Assembly (NCBI GenBank): GCA_963806225.1
Contig: CAWDXG010000004.1
Location: 5,248,001-5,312,000, forward strand
DNA: 64,000 nt
Source: an uncultured delta proteobacterium
Lineage (GTDB): Bacteria; Myxococcota_A; Polyangia; Polyangiales; Polyangiaceae
Direction of reading: 5' to 3'
The translations under genes were made by a program, and so were the position numbers. Below, in pieces: positions 9,216 to 18,695 of this stretch. A model generated the notes under the pieces. That model saw only the letters and a list, made by a program, of their open reading frames with translations. It ran no database searches and was not told where the DNA came from. Numbering within the stretch: position 1 is the stretch's first letter; the number at the start of each line of letters is the position of its first letter.

Positions 9216-10832
9216 GTGCCCCCCCGCCGGTCCCGCCGGACTGTAGCGAACCCCCGGCGTGTCCGCGGGGTAGCCCGGCCTTTCGCGCTGCTCGTAGCGC
9301 TCGTGCTGGCTGGCTGCAGCGCCAAGCCGCCGGACGAGGGAACGGACGAGGACCGCGTCGTCGGCACCGCGGTTCCAGCGACGGACCTGCGCGGGCCCGT
9401 GCTCAGCGTCGCCGAGCCACCCAGAAGCCAGCTCGCCTACTCCGTGCGCGATGCCGACACCCACGAGCTGATCCCGTGCAAGCTCACCTTTCTGGGCGTG
9501 CACGGTTCGCACGACCCGCTGTTTTCGCACAAGGACAAGCCGCGCCAGCTGCACGGGGCCATCGCCGCGTTCAACCGCATCTTTTCCCTGAGCGGCGCCG
9601 GCAGCGTGCGGCTGCCGCGCGGGCACTACGACGTGTACGTCAGCCGCGGGCCGGAGTGGACGCTAGACGTGAGGCGCAACCTCGCGGTCGGCGCGCGCGG
9701 AGCGCGTCTGGATGTCGAGCTCGCCCACGTGGTGGATAGCTCCGGCTGGATCAGCGGCGATTTCCACGTGCACGCCGCTCCTTCGTATGACTCGCGCGTG
9801 CCGCTCAGCGCCCGCGTGTACGAGTTCGCGTCCGACGGCGTCGAGATCCTGGTCTCGGCCGATCACAACGTGATCTCCGACTACGGCCCGATCATCCGGC
9901 GGCTCGGCGCGGAACGCTACGTCGCCAGCGGCATCGGCAGCGAGATCACCACGCATCGCTGGGGACACTTCGGCGCGTTTCCGCTGCAACGCTTCCCGCG
10001 CTTGCCTGGCGGTGGCGCGATCCACGTCGCCGGTCGGACGCCGGCGGAGCTGTTCCAGGCGGTGCGCGAGCGGTCGCGTGAAGCGGTCATCGAGGTCAAC
10101 CACCCGCGGCTCGATCGCATGGCGTACTTCAAGGCCGGGAAGCTCGACTCGGCGCACGCCCGCTTCAAGAGGGCGGGCACGTCGTTCGACTTCGACGCCA
10201 TCGAGCTGTTCAACGGCTACGCCGGCCCACAACGCCAGCACGCCGAGCAGGTGCTCCGCGACTGGTTCAACTTGATCGATCACGGTCTGCGCTTCACTGC
10301 GACCGGCAACTCCGACACGCACCACCTGCGCTTCAACCTGGGTGGTTTCCCCAGGAACTACCTGCGCGTCGCCGACGATCGCCCCGAGGCGATGACGCCG
10401 GACCTCCTCGCCCGTACGGTGAAGGCCGAACGCTGCTTCTTCACCACGGGGCCGTTCGTTCGTCTGGACATTGCCGGCGGGCAGGAGGGCGACACGGTCG
10501 AGGCGACGAACGGCCATGTTCCTGGTGTGATCGAGGTGCAGGCGGCGCCGTGGATCGACGTGAGCGTGGTGACGCTGTACGTGAACGGACACGCGACGAA
10601 GCGCTGGGCCGTGCCGCCCAGCCGCATCGTGAAGCGCTTCGCCACGCACTTCAACGTCGACGTGGATCGCGACGCGTACTTCGTGGTGCGCGTGCAGGGC
10701 AAGCGCCCGCTGACGCCGGTGGTGGGCATGCCCGGCGGCTGGCGCGTGCTCCCGCTCGCGCTCACCAATCCCGTCTACGTCAACGTCGACGGCAACGGCC
10801 GCTACGACGCACCGTTCGCTGCAGGTCGCTGA
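9216..10832 (+). CDS. CehA/McbA-family PHP metallohydrolase lipoprotein
   Basis: LAGC lipobox; GDFHVH, ADHN, GHFGAFP, NHPR, GNSDTH, TNPVY. Confidence 0.85.
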   Translation: MPPRRSRRTVANPRRVRGVARPFALLVALVLAGCSAKPPDEGTDEDRVVGTAVPATDLRGPVLSVAEPPRSQLAYSVRDADTHELIPCKLTFLGVHGSHDPLFSHKDKPRQLHGAIAAFNRIFSLSGAGSVRLPRGHYDVYVSRGPEWTLDVRRNLAVGARGARLDVELAHVVDSSGWISGDFHVHAAPSYDSRVPLSARVYEFASDGVEILVSADHNVISDYGPIIRRLGAERYVASGIGSEITTHRWGHFGAFPLQRFPRLPGGGAIHVAGRTPAELFQAVRERSREAVIEVNHPRLDRMAYFKAGKLDSAHARFKRAGTSFDFDAIELFNGYAGPQRQHAEQVLRDWFNLIDHGLRFTATGNSDTHHLRFNLGGFPRNYLRVADDRPEAMTPDLLARTVKAERCFFTTGPFVRLDIAGGQEGDTVEATNGHVPGVIEVQAAPWIDVSVVTLYVNGHATKRWAVPPSRIVKRFATHFNVDVDRDAYFVVRVQGKRPLTPVVGMPGGWRVLPLALTNPVYVNVDGNGRYDAPFAAGR

Positions 10833-10836
10833 GCCG

Positions 10837-11442
10837 TCAGGTTTCCTGTTCGCTGTCGTCGGGCGAGTCGGTCACACTGTTGCGACGGCGTCGCCGGTCG
10901 CGGACGTACGACCAGATCCACAGCGCGAAGCCCCCGGCGGCGATCAGGAGCATCGCGTGCAGCTCGTAGTGGTGCGCGCGCGCCAGTGCCAGCTTCATTG
11001 CCTCGCCCAGCAGGTAGCTCGCTCCGCCCAGTCCGACGGCCCAGATCGCCGCGCCGATCGTGTTGAGCGGCGTGAACACACGCGATTGCACGCCGCTCAT
11101 GCCGATCACAAACGGCGTGACCGAGCGCACGCCGTACAGGAAGCGGAAGCCGACCATCAAGAGCTTGCCGCGCCGTTCGAGCAGAGCACGCGCCCGTGTC
11201 ATGCGGCGCTTCCACACCGGGCGCCGTTCGACGATCCACGGACCCCAGCGCGTGCCGACCAAAAACCAGGTCTGGTCGCCGGCCAGGCTGCCTACGAAGG
11301 CCGTCACCATCACCCACGGCAGTGACAGGTAGCCGTGATGTGCCGCCAGCCCGGCCAGAACCAGCACCGTCTCGCCCTCGAAGAACGTGCCGATCAAGAC
11401 AGCCCAGTAGCCGTAGGTTGCGACGAGGTGGTGTAGCGACAC
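10837..11442 (-). CDS. DedA-family membrane protein
   Basis: YGYWAVLIGTFFEGETVL, GDQTWF, RFLYGVR. Confidence 0.9.
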   Translation of the reverse strand: MSLHHLVATYGYWAVLIGTFFEGETVLVLAGLAAHHGYLSLPWVMVTAFVGSLAGDQTWFLVGTRWGPWIVERRPVWKRRMTRARALLERRGKLLMVGFRFLYGVRSVTPFVIGMSGVQSRVFTPLNTIGAAIWAVGLGGASYLLGEAMKLALARAHHYELHAMLLIAAGGFALWIWSYVRDRRRRRNSVTDSPDDSEQET

Positions 11443-11594
11443 GTGAGCTCCGCGGAGGCCCGGGGCCTTTGGCTGGGGCCGCGCAGTATCTGCGCCAGGG
11501 CATGTCGCGCACCCGCTGGCGCGCGCTCGAAGGCCGGCAACTGCTAGCGCGCCGACCAGGCGGAAGCAACTCCGCCGACCCGGGGCCGCCAAAG

Positions 11595-12152
11595 CTAGCG
11601 GGGTATCAGTCCCCGGCGGGCCGCGAGCAGGATCGCGCCGATGTGCACCCCGTGCTGGATGCCGCCCCGGTCCACCTCCTCCAGTAGCTCCGCGGCGGCC
11701 AGCAGGTTCACCTGGATCTCCTCCGACGCTTCCGGCTCGGGGTCCGCGACCCGCCGTGCGCCTCCGGCGAAATAGAAGATGGCGCGCGTGGTGTGCCGGC
11801 TCGGCTCGGTCGACACGTCCGAGAGCAGCTGCCAGTCGTCGGCGGCGTAGCCCGTCTCCTCCCTGAGCTCCCGCTCGGCGGCCTCGCGCGGCGTTTCGCC
11901 GGCATCGATCACGCCGGCGGGCAGCTCGCGACTGACGCGTCCGAGCCCGTGGCGATACTGGTCGACGACCACGACCCTGCCGTCGCCGGTCAGCGCCAGC
12001 ACCGCGACCCAGTTCCGCGTGTCGACCACGTGGAACTGCTCGATCTCGTGTCCGCTCGGCAGCACCACGTGATCCTCGCGCAGCTTGAGCCACTTCCGGT
12101 CGAGCAGCACGCGGCTGTGACGCACGGTCCAGGGTTTGGTCACGCGGGACAC
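11595..12152 (-). CDS. NUDIX hydrolase (ADP-ribose pyrophosphatase-like)
   Basis: QYRH and Nudix box GVIDAGETPREAAERELREETG. Confidence 0.92.
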   Translation of the reverse strand: MSRVTKPWTVRHSRVLLDRKWLKLREDHVVLPSGHEIEQFHVVDTRNWVAVLALTGDGRVVVVDQYRHGLGRVSRELPAGVIDAGETPREAAERELREETGYAADDWQLLSDVSTEPSRHTTRAIFYFAGGARRVADPEPEASEEIQVNLLAAAELLEEVDRGGIQHGVHIGAILLAARRGLIPR

Positions 12153-12195
12153 AATGTCGACCTGGATGGAAGAGTCAAGCGCCCCTCGGCTCCGC

Positions 12196-14853
12196 TCAGC
12201 GCCGCTCGCCCAGGTAGTCGATGCAGCTCGTCACCAAAGCGGTCCAGCCCGTCTGGTGGCTGGCGCCCAGGCCGCGTCCGTCATCGCCGTGAAAGTGCTC
12301 GTAGTAGAGGACCAGGTCCCGCCAGTGCGGGTCCTCGGCGTAGCGGGCCTCGGCGGCGTGCGCGGGACGCACGCCGCTCTCGTCAGGAAGGAACAGCCTG
12401 ACCAACCGGGTCGCTAGCTCCTCGGCGACCTGGTCGAGCGTACAGCGTCGCCCCGAACCGGTCGGACACTCCACCGTGAATTCGTCGCCGTAGAAGTGGT
12501 GGTAGCGGCGCAGGGCCTGGATCAGGAGGAAGTTGACCGGAAACCACACCGGCCCGCGCCAGTTCGAATTGCCGCCGAACATCGGCGAATCACTCTCGCC
12601 CGGCACGTAGGCCACGCGGTGCTCGCCCCCGGGCGTGTCGAACACGTAGGGATGCTCGAGATGCACGCGGCTGAGCGAGCGTACGCCGTGCGGTGACAGG
12701 AATTCGCGCTCGTCGAGCAGATAGCGAAGCACGCTCTCCAGCCGCTCCCGCGACGGCACCGCGAGCAGCCGCCGCCCAGCCGTGTCCGGTCCGGCGCGGT
12801 CCATGTACGCGATGTACCGGCCGAGGTCGCCGCGATGATCGAGGAACCACTGCATCCGCTTCTTGAAGCCCGGCAGCTGATCGACGACGTCGTCTTCCAG
12901 TACCGCGACCGCGAACAGCGGGATGAGGCCGACCATCGATCGCGTCCTGAGCGGCAGCACCTGGCCGTCGGTGTGGAGCTGGTCGTAGTAGAAGCCGTCC
13001 TGTTCGTCCCACAGCCCCGTGCCGCCAAACGCGTTCATCGCGTCCACGATCGCCACGAAGTGCTCGAAGAACTTCGACGCCATGTCCGCGTAGGCCGCGT
13101 CGTAGCGCGAAAGCTCCATCGCGATCTCCAGCATGGTGGCCGCGTAGAACGCCATCCACGCCGTGCCGTCGGCCTGCTCGATGTAGCCGCCCGTCGGCAG
13201 CGCCACCGAGCGGTCGAACACGCCGATGTTGTCGAGCCCGAGGAAGCCGCCCGAAAACAGGTTGTTGCCCTGGTCGTCGGTGCGGTTGACCCACCAGGTG
13301 AAGTTCAACAAGAGCTTCTGGAACACGCGCTCGAGGAAGAAGCGGTCCGGGTGCCCGGCGCGGAGCCCCACTTGGTACACCTGCCACGCCGACCAGGCAT
13401 GCACGGGCGGATTTGCGGCTGAAAAGTCGTACTCGTAGGCCGGGATCTGCCCGTTCGGATGCATGTACCACTCGCGCAGCATCAGGATGAGCTGCGCCTT
13501 GGCCGCTTCCGGATCGATGCGCGCCAGCGGGACCATGTGGAACGCGAGATCCCACGAGGCGTACCAGGGGTACTCCCACTTGTCCGGCATGCTGACGAGA
13601 TCGCGGTTGTACAGGTGCTGCCAGCCGCTGTTGCGCCCCGAGAGGCGGCTCTCTGGCGGAGGCGGAGAGGTCGCGTCGCCCTGCAGCCAGTCGCGCACGA
13701 CGTAGTGGTAGAACTGCGTGCTCCAGAGCAGCCCCGCGTACGCCTGCCGCGCGACGTGACGCTCCTCCGGCGGAAGCGTCGGCGCGAAGAGCTCGTCGTA
13801 GAACTCGTCGGCTTCCTTCCGGCAGAGCTCCAGTGTGGCGTCGAAGCCCGTGTCGAACGCGCCGCGTTCCAGCGCGCCGTCGGCGCACAGCCGGAGCCGC
13901 ACGCGCGCGGTCGCGCCCGCCGGAATCGAAAGCCGGTAGTAGCCCGCTGCCTTGGTTCCCGCGCCGTCGCCCAGCACATCCTTCCGCCCGTCGACCACGT
14001 ACTCGTGGAAGGCGTCTTTCTTCCGCAGGCCGTCGCCCTCGTCCCACAGCTGCTTCTCGTTGCTTTCGTTCTCGGTAAAGAGCAGCTCCGGCGCACCCTG
14101 GCACGGCTCGAAGTAGAGCCGCATCGCGCCCAGCGATGCGTGCTCCGAAAGCAGCTCCAGCGGTCCGACGCGCTCGATGCGCGGCTTCTGCCAGTAACCC
14201 TCGCCCTCGCGTCCCCAGGACCAGGTGTTGCGGAACCAGAGCGTCGGCAACAGGTGCAGCGTCGCGTCGTCGGGCCCGCGGTTCGCGATCGTGATCACGA
14301 TGAGCAGATCTTCCGGCGCGGCCTTGGCGTACTCGAGCTCCACGTCGAAGTAGCGGTTGTCGTCGAAGACGCCGGTGTCGATCAGCTCGAACTCGCCGTC
14401 CTTGCGCGTCCGCCGGCGGTTTTCGTCGACCAGCGCGCTGTACGGGAACTCGCCTTGCGGATACTTGTACAGCGCGCGTCCGTACGAATGCGTGGGCGTC
14501 GCGTCGAGGTAGAAGTAGCACTCCTTCACGTCCTCGCCGTGATTGCCCTCGGGTCCCGTCAGCCCGAACAGCCGCTCCTTGAGGATCGGATCGCGCCCGT
14601 TCCAGAGCGCGAGCGCGAAGCACAGCCGCCCCTGACGGTCGCTGAGCCCGAGCAGCCCGTCCTCGCCCCAGCGGTAGGCGCGGCTGCGCGCGTGATCGTG
14701 CGGAAAGTAGTCCCACGCGTCGCCGTCGACCGAGTAGTCCTCCCGCACCGTCCCCCACTGCCGTTCGGACAGGTACGGCCCCCAGCGCTTCCAGTTCTTC
14801 TCGCGGCGCGAGTCTTCGGCGAGGCGGAGTGTCTCGGCGTTGGGCGTGGTCAT
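12196..14853 (-). CDS. GH63/MGH1-like glycoside hydrolase (glucosidase)
   Basis: WGPYLSERQWGTVREDYS, MPDKWEYPWYASWDLAFH, GNSNWRGPVW, GASHQTGWT. Confidence 0.9.
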   Translation of the reverse strand: MTTPNAETLRLAEDSRREKNWKRWGPYLSERQWGTVREDYSVDGDAWDYFPHDHARSRAYRWGEDGLLGLSDRQGRLCFALALWNGRDPILKERLFGLTGPEGNHGEDVKECYFYLDATPTHSYGRALYKYPQGEFPYSALVDENRRRTRKDGEFELIDTGVFDDNRYFDVELEYAKAAPEDLLIVITIANRGPDDATLHLLPTLWFRNTWSWGREGEGYWQKPRIERVGPLELLSEHASLGAMRLYFEPCQGAPELLFTENESNEKQLWDEGDGLRKKDAFHEYVVDGRKDVLGDGAGTKAAGYYRLSIPAGATARVRLRLCADGALERGAFDTGFDATLELCRKEADEFYDELFAPTLPPEERHVARQAYAGLLWSTQFYHYVVRDWLQGDATSPPPPESRLSGRNSGWQHLYNRDLVSMPDKWEYPWYASWDLAFHMVPLARIDPEAAKAQLILMLREWYMHPNGQIPAYEYDFSAANPPVHAWSAWQVYQVGLRAGHPDRFFLERVFQKLLLNFTWWVNRTDDQGNNLFSGGFLGLDNIGVFDRSVALPTGGYIEQADGTAWMAFYAATMLEIAMELSRYDAAYADMASKFFEHFVAIVDAMNAFGGTGLWDEQDGFYYDQLHTDGQVLPLRTRSMVGLIPLFAVAVLEDDVVDQLPGFKKRMQWFLDHRGDLGRYIAYMDRAGPDTAGRRLLAVPSRERLESVLRYLLDEREFLSPHGVRSLSRVHLEHPYVFDTPGGEHRVAYVPGESDSPMFGGNSNWRGPVWFPVNFLLIQALRRYHHFYGDEFTVECPTGSGRRCTLDQVAEELATRLVRLFLPDESGVRPAHAAEARYAEDPHWRDLVLYYEHFHGDDGRGLGASHQTGWTALVTSCIDYLGERR

Positions 14854-14962
14854 CGGAGAACCGGGAGCGTACTTCGTCCGGCCGCGAACCGTCAGCCGCC
14901 TACTGGCCAGCCTCTACAGCGCCTGGGGTTCTGGGGGTCCTGGCAGCCGCTCCACGTCACAG

Positions 14963-15510
14963 CTACGCAACACTCGCGCCGCCCAGCACGTCCCGGCCTC
15001 GTCGGGGTGGCGCCTCTGCGAGCAGGGCGCGGGCGCAGGGGCGGACGGCGCGGTCCAGTGCCTCGCGCTGGAGCTCGGCGCGCAGCGGTCCGCCGACGAG
15101 ACCGTGGGCGAGCAACGCGTCTTCGCCGAGCGCACCGGCGGGTTCCACGCCGGGCGCGGGTTCGTCGAGCGCGAGAGCGAGCTCTTCGCGCACGGCGCGG
15201 GCAAGCTCGGCGTCACCGCTGTCGAGCGCCCAGCGGAGCGTGCGCCAGGCGAGCTCGGCGTGGCGTGTCTCGTCGGCTGCGACCTGTTCGAGCACCGCGC
15301 GTACGACGGGATCGATCGCGTGCTCGCGCGCCTCGGCGGCTTCCAGCGCAGCGACAGTTTCGCCGATGCAACCCTCGCGTACCAGCGTTGCGATGATACC
15401 GCGAGGCGTGTTGTCGTCGAGCGCGCCCCCGACCGGCAGCGCGCCCGGTCCGACACTCTGCCCGGCGTACGCGCTGGCCAGCGCGAAGCCCATCCGCGAG
15501 TGGCGCGTCT
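14963..15510 (-). pseudogene. 5'-truncated paralog of the ferritin-like domain of 17241-18695
   Basis: Collinear, strongly similar DNA and protein (EGCIGETVAALEA, DETRHAELAWRTL) starting abruptly at TRHSR, just after the DTW stop. Confidence 0.65.
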
Positions 15511-15527
15511 GGCACAGGCTGGCTCGG

Positions 15528-16697
15528 CTAGCGGCCCACGGCCCGCTCTCGCAGATGACGCGCGATGGTGACGGCGTTGCCCAGGCGCTCCGCGGCGCGG
15601 CCGCGCACCGGGGCGGGCTCTGCGTCGAGGTTCTCGGCCGCGATCACCGACTCCAGCGTGCCGGCTCCGCTCCGTTCCACGTTGCAGTAGACGGCCTTCA
15701 GGAGGAGCGTCGGTCCGCCGTGGCCAAGCTGCTGCAGCAGATCGAGCGTGCTCTGGTTCCACGCGGCAACCGTGCAGCCCGCGGTCAGCGCCGCCCACTC
15801 CTCGCACAGCTGGTCCAGCGCTATGCCGCCTTCGACGGCTTCCCGTTCGAGCCCCATGTGCTCGAGGTGTCGCTCGTCCGGCATGCGCAGCGTGGGGCGG
15901 ACGATGCGTTCGAAGCTCTGCCCGCTGTGCGGCGACACGGCAGTCCACTGCAGGAGCGCGCGCTGCTTCTCGCCGCGGCGGGTCGCCTGCGCCGACTCGC
16001 CGTACACGATCCACAGCCGTTCGAAGTCCTCGACCAGCGCGCGGGGGATCGCATGCCACTCGCGCCGGCGCCGCTCGACCCGTCGCCCCCGGCGTCGCGA
16101 GCGCGTCTGTTCGATCTGCGCGTCGATCATGCCGTCGAAGCTGCCGAGCAGCGCGTCGAGGCCCGCCGTCTCCGGCTCGAGCAAGGACAGCGCCTCCGCG
16201 ATCGCTTCGATCGTCGAGACGCAGCCCGCGCGCGGCTCGCGGCGGATGCGGTAGCGGCTCGGCGAGCGTGGCTCGAGCGAGTAGCGCGGGAGATCGTGCA
16301 GCCAGGGATGGTCGCGGAAAAGGGTGCGCGCGTGGTGCCAGGTGCCGTCCAGCACGACCAACGCGCTCGGCCGCTCGCTTTCGTCGAGCTCGTCGAGGCG
16401 CCTCGCGCCCGGGGCGGGGTACAGCACACCCGCGCCCGGCGGTAGATCGAAGGGCGGCCGCGAGCGAGCATGCTCCGAGAACACCGCCAGCTCCACGCGG
16501 CCGAGGCCGAGTCGCGCGATACGCGCAGTACCGATCGGATGGAATCGCTCGCGCGGGTGCTGCAGGATGAAGACCGGCGTGCGGTTGTCGACACGCGGAA
16601 TCGTTGCGCAGATGCACAGCGGCTCCGGCTTGTGGCAGCGGTAGCAGACCGATCGGAAGCCATCCGTCGCGGCAGTGGGGGGCGAGGGGAGGAGCAC
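15528..16697 (-). CDS. DTW-domain tRNA-uridine aminocarboxypropyltransferase with C-terminal degenerate DEDDh-like domain
   Basis: CYRCHKPEPLCIC, QHPRE, VVLDGTW, YRIRREP, STIEA; about 165 extra C-terminal residues; GTG start with AGGAAG upstream. Confidence 0.85.
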   Translation of the reverse strand: MLLPSPPTAATDGFRSVCYRCHKPEPLCICATIPRVDNRTPVFILQHPRERFHPIGTARIARLGLGRVELAVFSEHARSRPPFDLPPGAGVLYPAPGARRLDELDESERPSALVVLDGTWHHARTLFRDHPWLHDLPRYSLEPRSPSRYRIRREPRAGCVSTIEAIAEALSLLEPETAGLDALLGSFDGMIDAQIEQTRSRRRGRRVERRRREWHAIPRALVEDFERLWIVYGESAQATRRGEKQRALLQWTAVSPHSGQSFERIVRPTLRMPDERHLEHMGLEREAVEGGIALDQLCEEWAALTAGCTVAAWNQSTLDLLQQLGHGGPTLLLKAVYCNVERSGAGTLESVIAAENLDAEPAPVRGRAAERLGNAVTIARHLRERAVGR

Positions 16698-16806
16698 AGC
16701 CGTCCGCTTCCTACCAGACCCCGCACGGAAATTGCAGGAGAGGTCCAGGGTGTGAGGGGGCTCTACGCACTCCGGGCGCGACCTCCTCGCACGGAGGAAC
16801 GGGGTC

Positions 16807-17199
16807 ATGCTCAAACAGAACAGTCGTCGGGTCTGGGAAGTGACGATCTTCCTGGCGGCTCTCTACCTCGTTGCCGGTATTTCCAAGCTTGCCGGCGTGC
16901 CGACGTGGGTCGAGCGCTTCCAGGCGTGGGGGTACACCGACATGTTCCGCGTGCTCGTTGCCCTGGCCGAGATCGCCGGTGCCATCGTGCTCCTGATCCC
17001 GCGCGTCGCCTCGATCGGCGCCGTGGGGCTCGCGCTGGTGATGCTCGGCGCAATCTTTACGCACCTTTTCCACGGCTCCGCCGTCGTTGCGATCCTGCCG
17101 CTCGTCCTCGTGATGCTGCTCGCGTACGTCGGCCGCGAGCGTCTGCCCCGCCCCGACAACAAGCCGCACTGGCAGCCCCATCCCCGCAGCTACCGGTGA
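16807..17199 (+). CDS. DoxX-family membrane protein
   Basis: AGISKL...F.AWGY...EIAGAIVLLIPR...GAIFTHL; four hydrophobic segments. Confidence 0.85.
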   Translation: MLKQNSRRVWEVTIFLAALYLVAGISKLAGVPTWVERFQAWGYTDMFRVLVALAEIAGAIVLLIPRVASIGAVGLALVMLGAIFTHLFHGSAVVAILPLVLVMLLAYVGRERLPRPDNKPHWQPHPRSYR

Positions 17200-17201
17200 A
17201 T

Positions 17202-17241
17202 GTGTAGCAAAATGCAACAAATATGTAGCATTTTGCTACAC
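17202..17241. repeat. AT-rich inverted repeat made of two tandem palindromes (terminator or protein-binding site)
   Basis: GTGTAGCAAAATGC...GCATTTTGCTACAC 14-bp arms filling the gap between convergent genes. Confidence 0.75.
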
Positions 17242-18695
17242 TAGACAGCCAAGGCGACGGGGACCGCCTCCGGTTGGGTGTGGGCTGCCAGGAGCGCGCG
17301 GGCGCAGGGGCGGACCGCCCGCTCCAGCGCATCGCGCCTGAGCTCGGCGCGCAGCCGGCCGCTCACCAGACCGTGGGCGAGCAGCGCCTGTTCCGCCAGC
17401 GCGCCCGCCTCTTCCACCGCCGGTGCGGGCTCGTCCAGAGCTGTGCCGAGCTCCTCCCTTACGGCGCGAGCGAGTCCGGCATCGCCGCTGGCAAGCGCCC
17501 AGCCGAGCGTGCGCCAGGCGAGCTCGGCGTGGCGCGTTTCGTCGGCTGCGATCTGATCGAGCGCCGTGTGTACGACCGGGTCGGACGCGTGCTCGCGTGC
17601 CTCCGCGGCTTCCAGTGCTGCCACGGTCTCTCCGATGCAGCCTTCGCGCACCAGCGTCGCGATGATGCCGCGCGGCGAGTTGTCGTCGAGCGAGCCTTCG
17701 ACGGACAGCGGGCCCGGTCCGACGCTCTGCCCCGAATAGGCGCTGGCCAGCGAAAAGCCCAGCCGCGCGTGGCGCGTCTCGTCGGCCATCGCCGCGTGGG
17801 TCAGCTCGACCAGATCCGCCGGCGCGCCCAGCGACAGCAGCTGCAGCGCGAAGCGCGCGAAGGCGGCGACCGACGCGTGCTCCATCAGCGCGATCCGCGT
17901 CCAGCGCTGGCCGAGTTCATCGCGCTCTTCCACGCCGAGCCCGTCGAGCCGTGGTGAAAGTGCGCCGACCCAGTCGTCGCGCTCGCGCGTGCCGGCCAGG
18001 CGCTCGATGCCTTCCACGAGGAAAGGTCGGCCGATCGCGCATTGGATCTGCTGGCAGACGTGGTGCGAGCCGTCGTAGCTGCACTGGTAGCCCGCCTGGC
18101 AGTCGGAGTCCGAAGCGCAGGTGTCGGCCGCTGCCTGGCATGCGAAGGCCGTCCCGCCGCAGCCTGGATCGGTGACGTAGCTCGTGCACTGGTAGTCGCC
18201 GCTGCAGCTCGCGTCGCTTGTGCAGCTCGACTGGGCGCAGTAGCCGACCGGATCGCCGCACACGCAGATGTGCCCGCTGCCGCAGTCGGCGTCGGTACGG
18301 CAGCCGTAGCGGCAGTAGCAGCCCACGGCGCCTCCGGGTTGGCTGGGGCTGCAGTAGCCGTTCTTCTGGGCGGTGCAGTCCGAGTCCGTGGTGCAGCCCG
18401 ATGTGCCGGCATCCGCTCCTGTACAGGCTGCGCTCCGCGGCAGCAGGCTCTGGCAATCGACGACCTGGCGCCGCCGCACGAAGCTGCCCTCGCAGTGGTC
18501 GTAGCCGGTGTCGACGCCGGACACGGTGACCGGATGAGGGTTCTTGCAGGGGAACTTCAGCGACGTGTGCCCGCCCGATCCGCCGCTGCCGCCCGATCCG
18601 CTGCCGCCCGTGCTGATGTTTCCACCGCATGCCGCCAGCCCCAACGCGGCCATCAGCGCCGCTCCCCACATGTCCACCGAAACCACTCGCCGCAT
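17241..18695 (-). CDS. Cys-rich lipoprotein with C-terminal ferritin-like (diiron) domain
   Basis: GGAGGAGG RBS; LAAC lipobox; CxxDxDC repeats; GRP; MEHASVAAF, DETRHA (twice), EGCIGET. Confidence 0.85.
   Translation of the reverse strand: MRRVVSVDMWGAALMAALGLAACGGNISTGGSGSGGSGGSGGHTSLKFPCKNPHPVTVSGVDTGYDHCEGSFVRRRQVVDCQSLLPRSAACTGADAGTSGCTTDSDCTAQKNGYCSPSQPGGAVGCYCRYGCRTDADCGSGHICVCGDPVGYCAQSSCTSDASCSGDYQCTSYVTDPGCGGTAFACQAAADTCASDSDCQAGYQCSYDGSHHVCQQIQCAIGRPFLVEGIERLAGTRERDDWVGALSPRLDGLGVEERDELGQRWTRIALMEHASVAAFARFALQLLSLGAPADLVELTHAAMADETRHARLGFSLASAYSGQSVGPGPLSVEGSLDDNSPRGIIATLVREGCIGETVAALEAAEAREHASDPVVHTALDQIAADETRHAELAWRTLGWALASGDAGLARAVREELGTALDEPAPAVEEAGALAEQALLAHGLVSGRLRAELRRDALERAVRPCARALLAAHTQPEAVPVALAV

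Noticed and set aside
12590..15396. Very long alternative-frame and antisense ORFs (for example 12590-14758, 13459-15396, and 47452-49644 elsewhere)
   Set aside because: Arg/Ala/Pro-rich shadow ORFs expected in high-GC DNA overlapping well-supported genes
16721..16736. Further sigma54-like sites (CCGCAC-N5-TTGCA at 16721; CGGCAC-N5-TTGT near 61600 on the minus strand)
   Set aside because: Each lacks one of the invariant GG or GC dinucleotides
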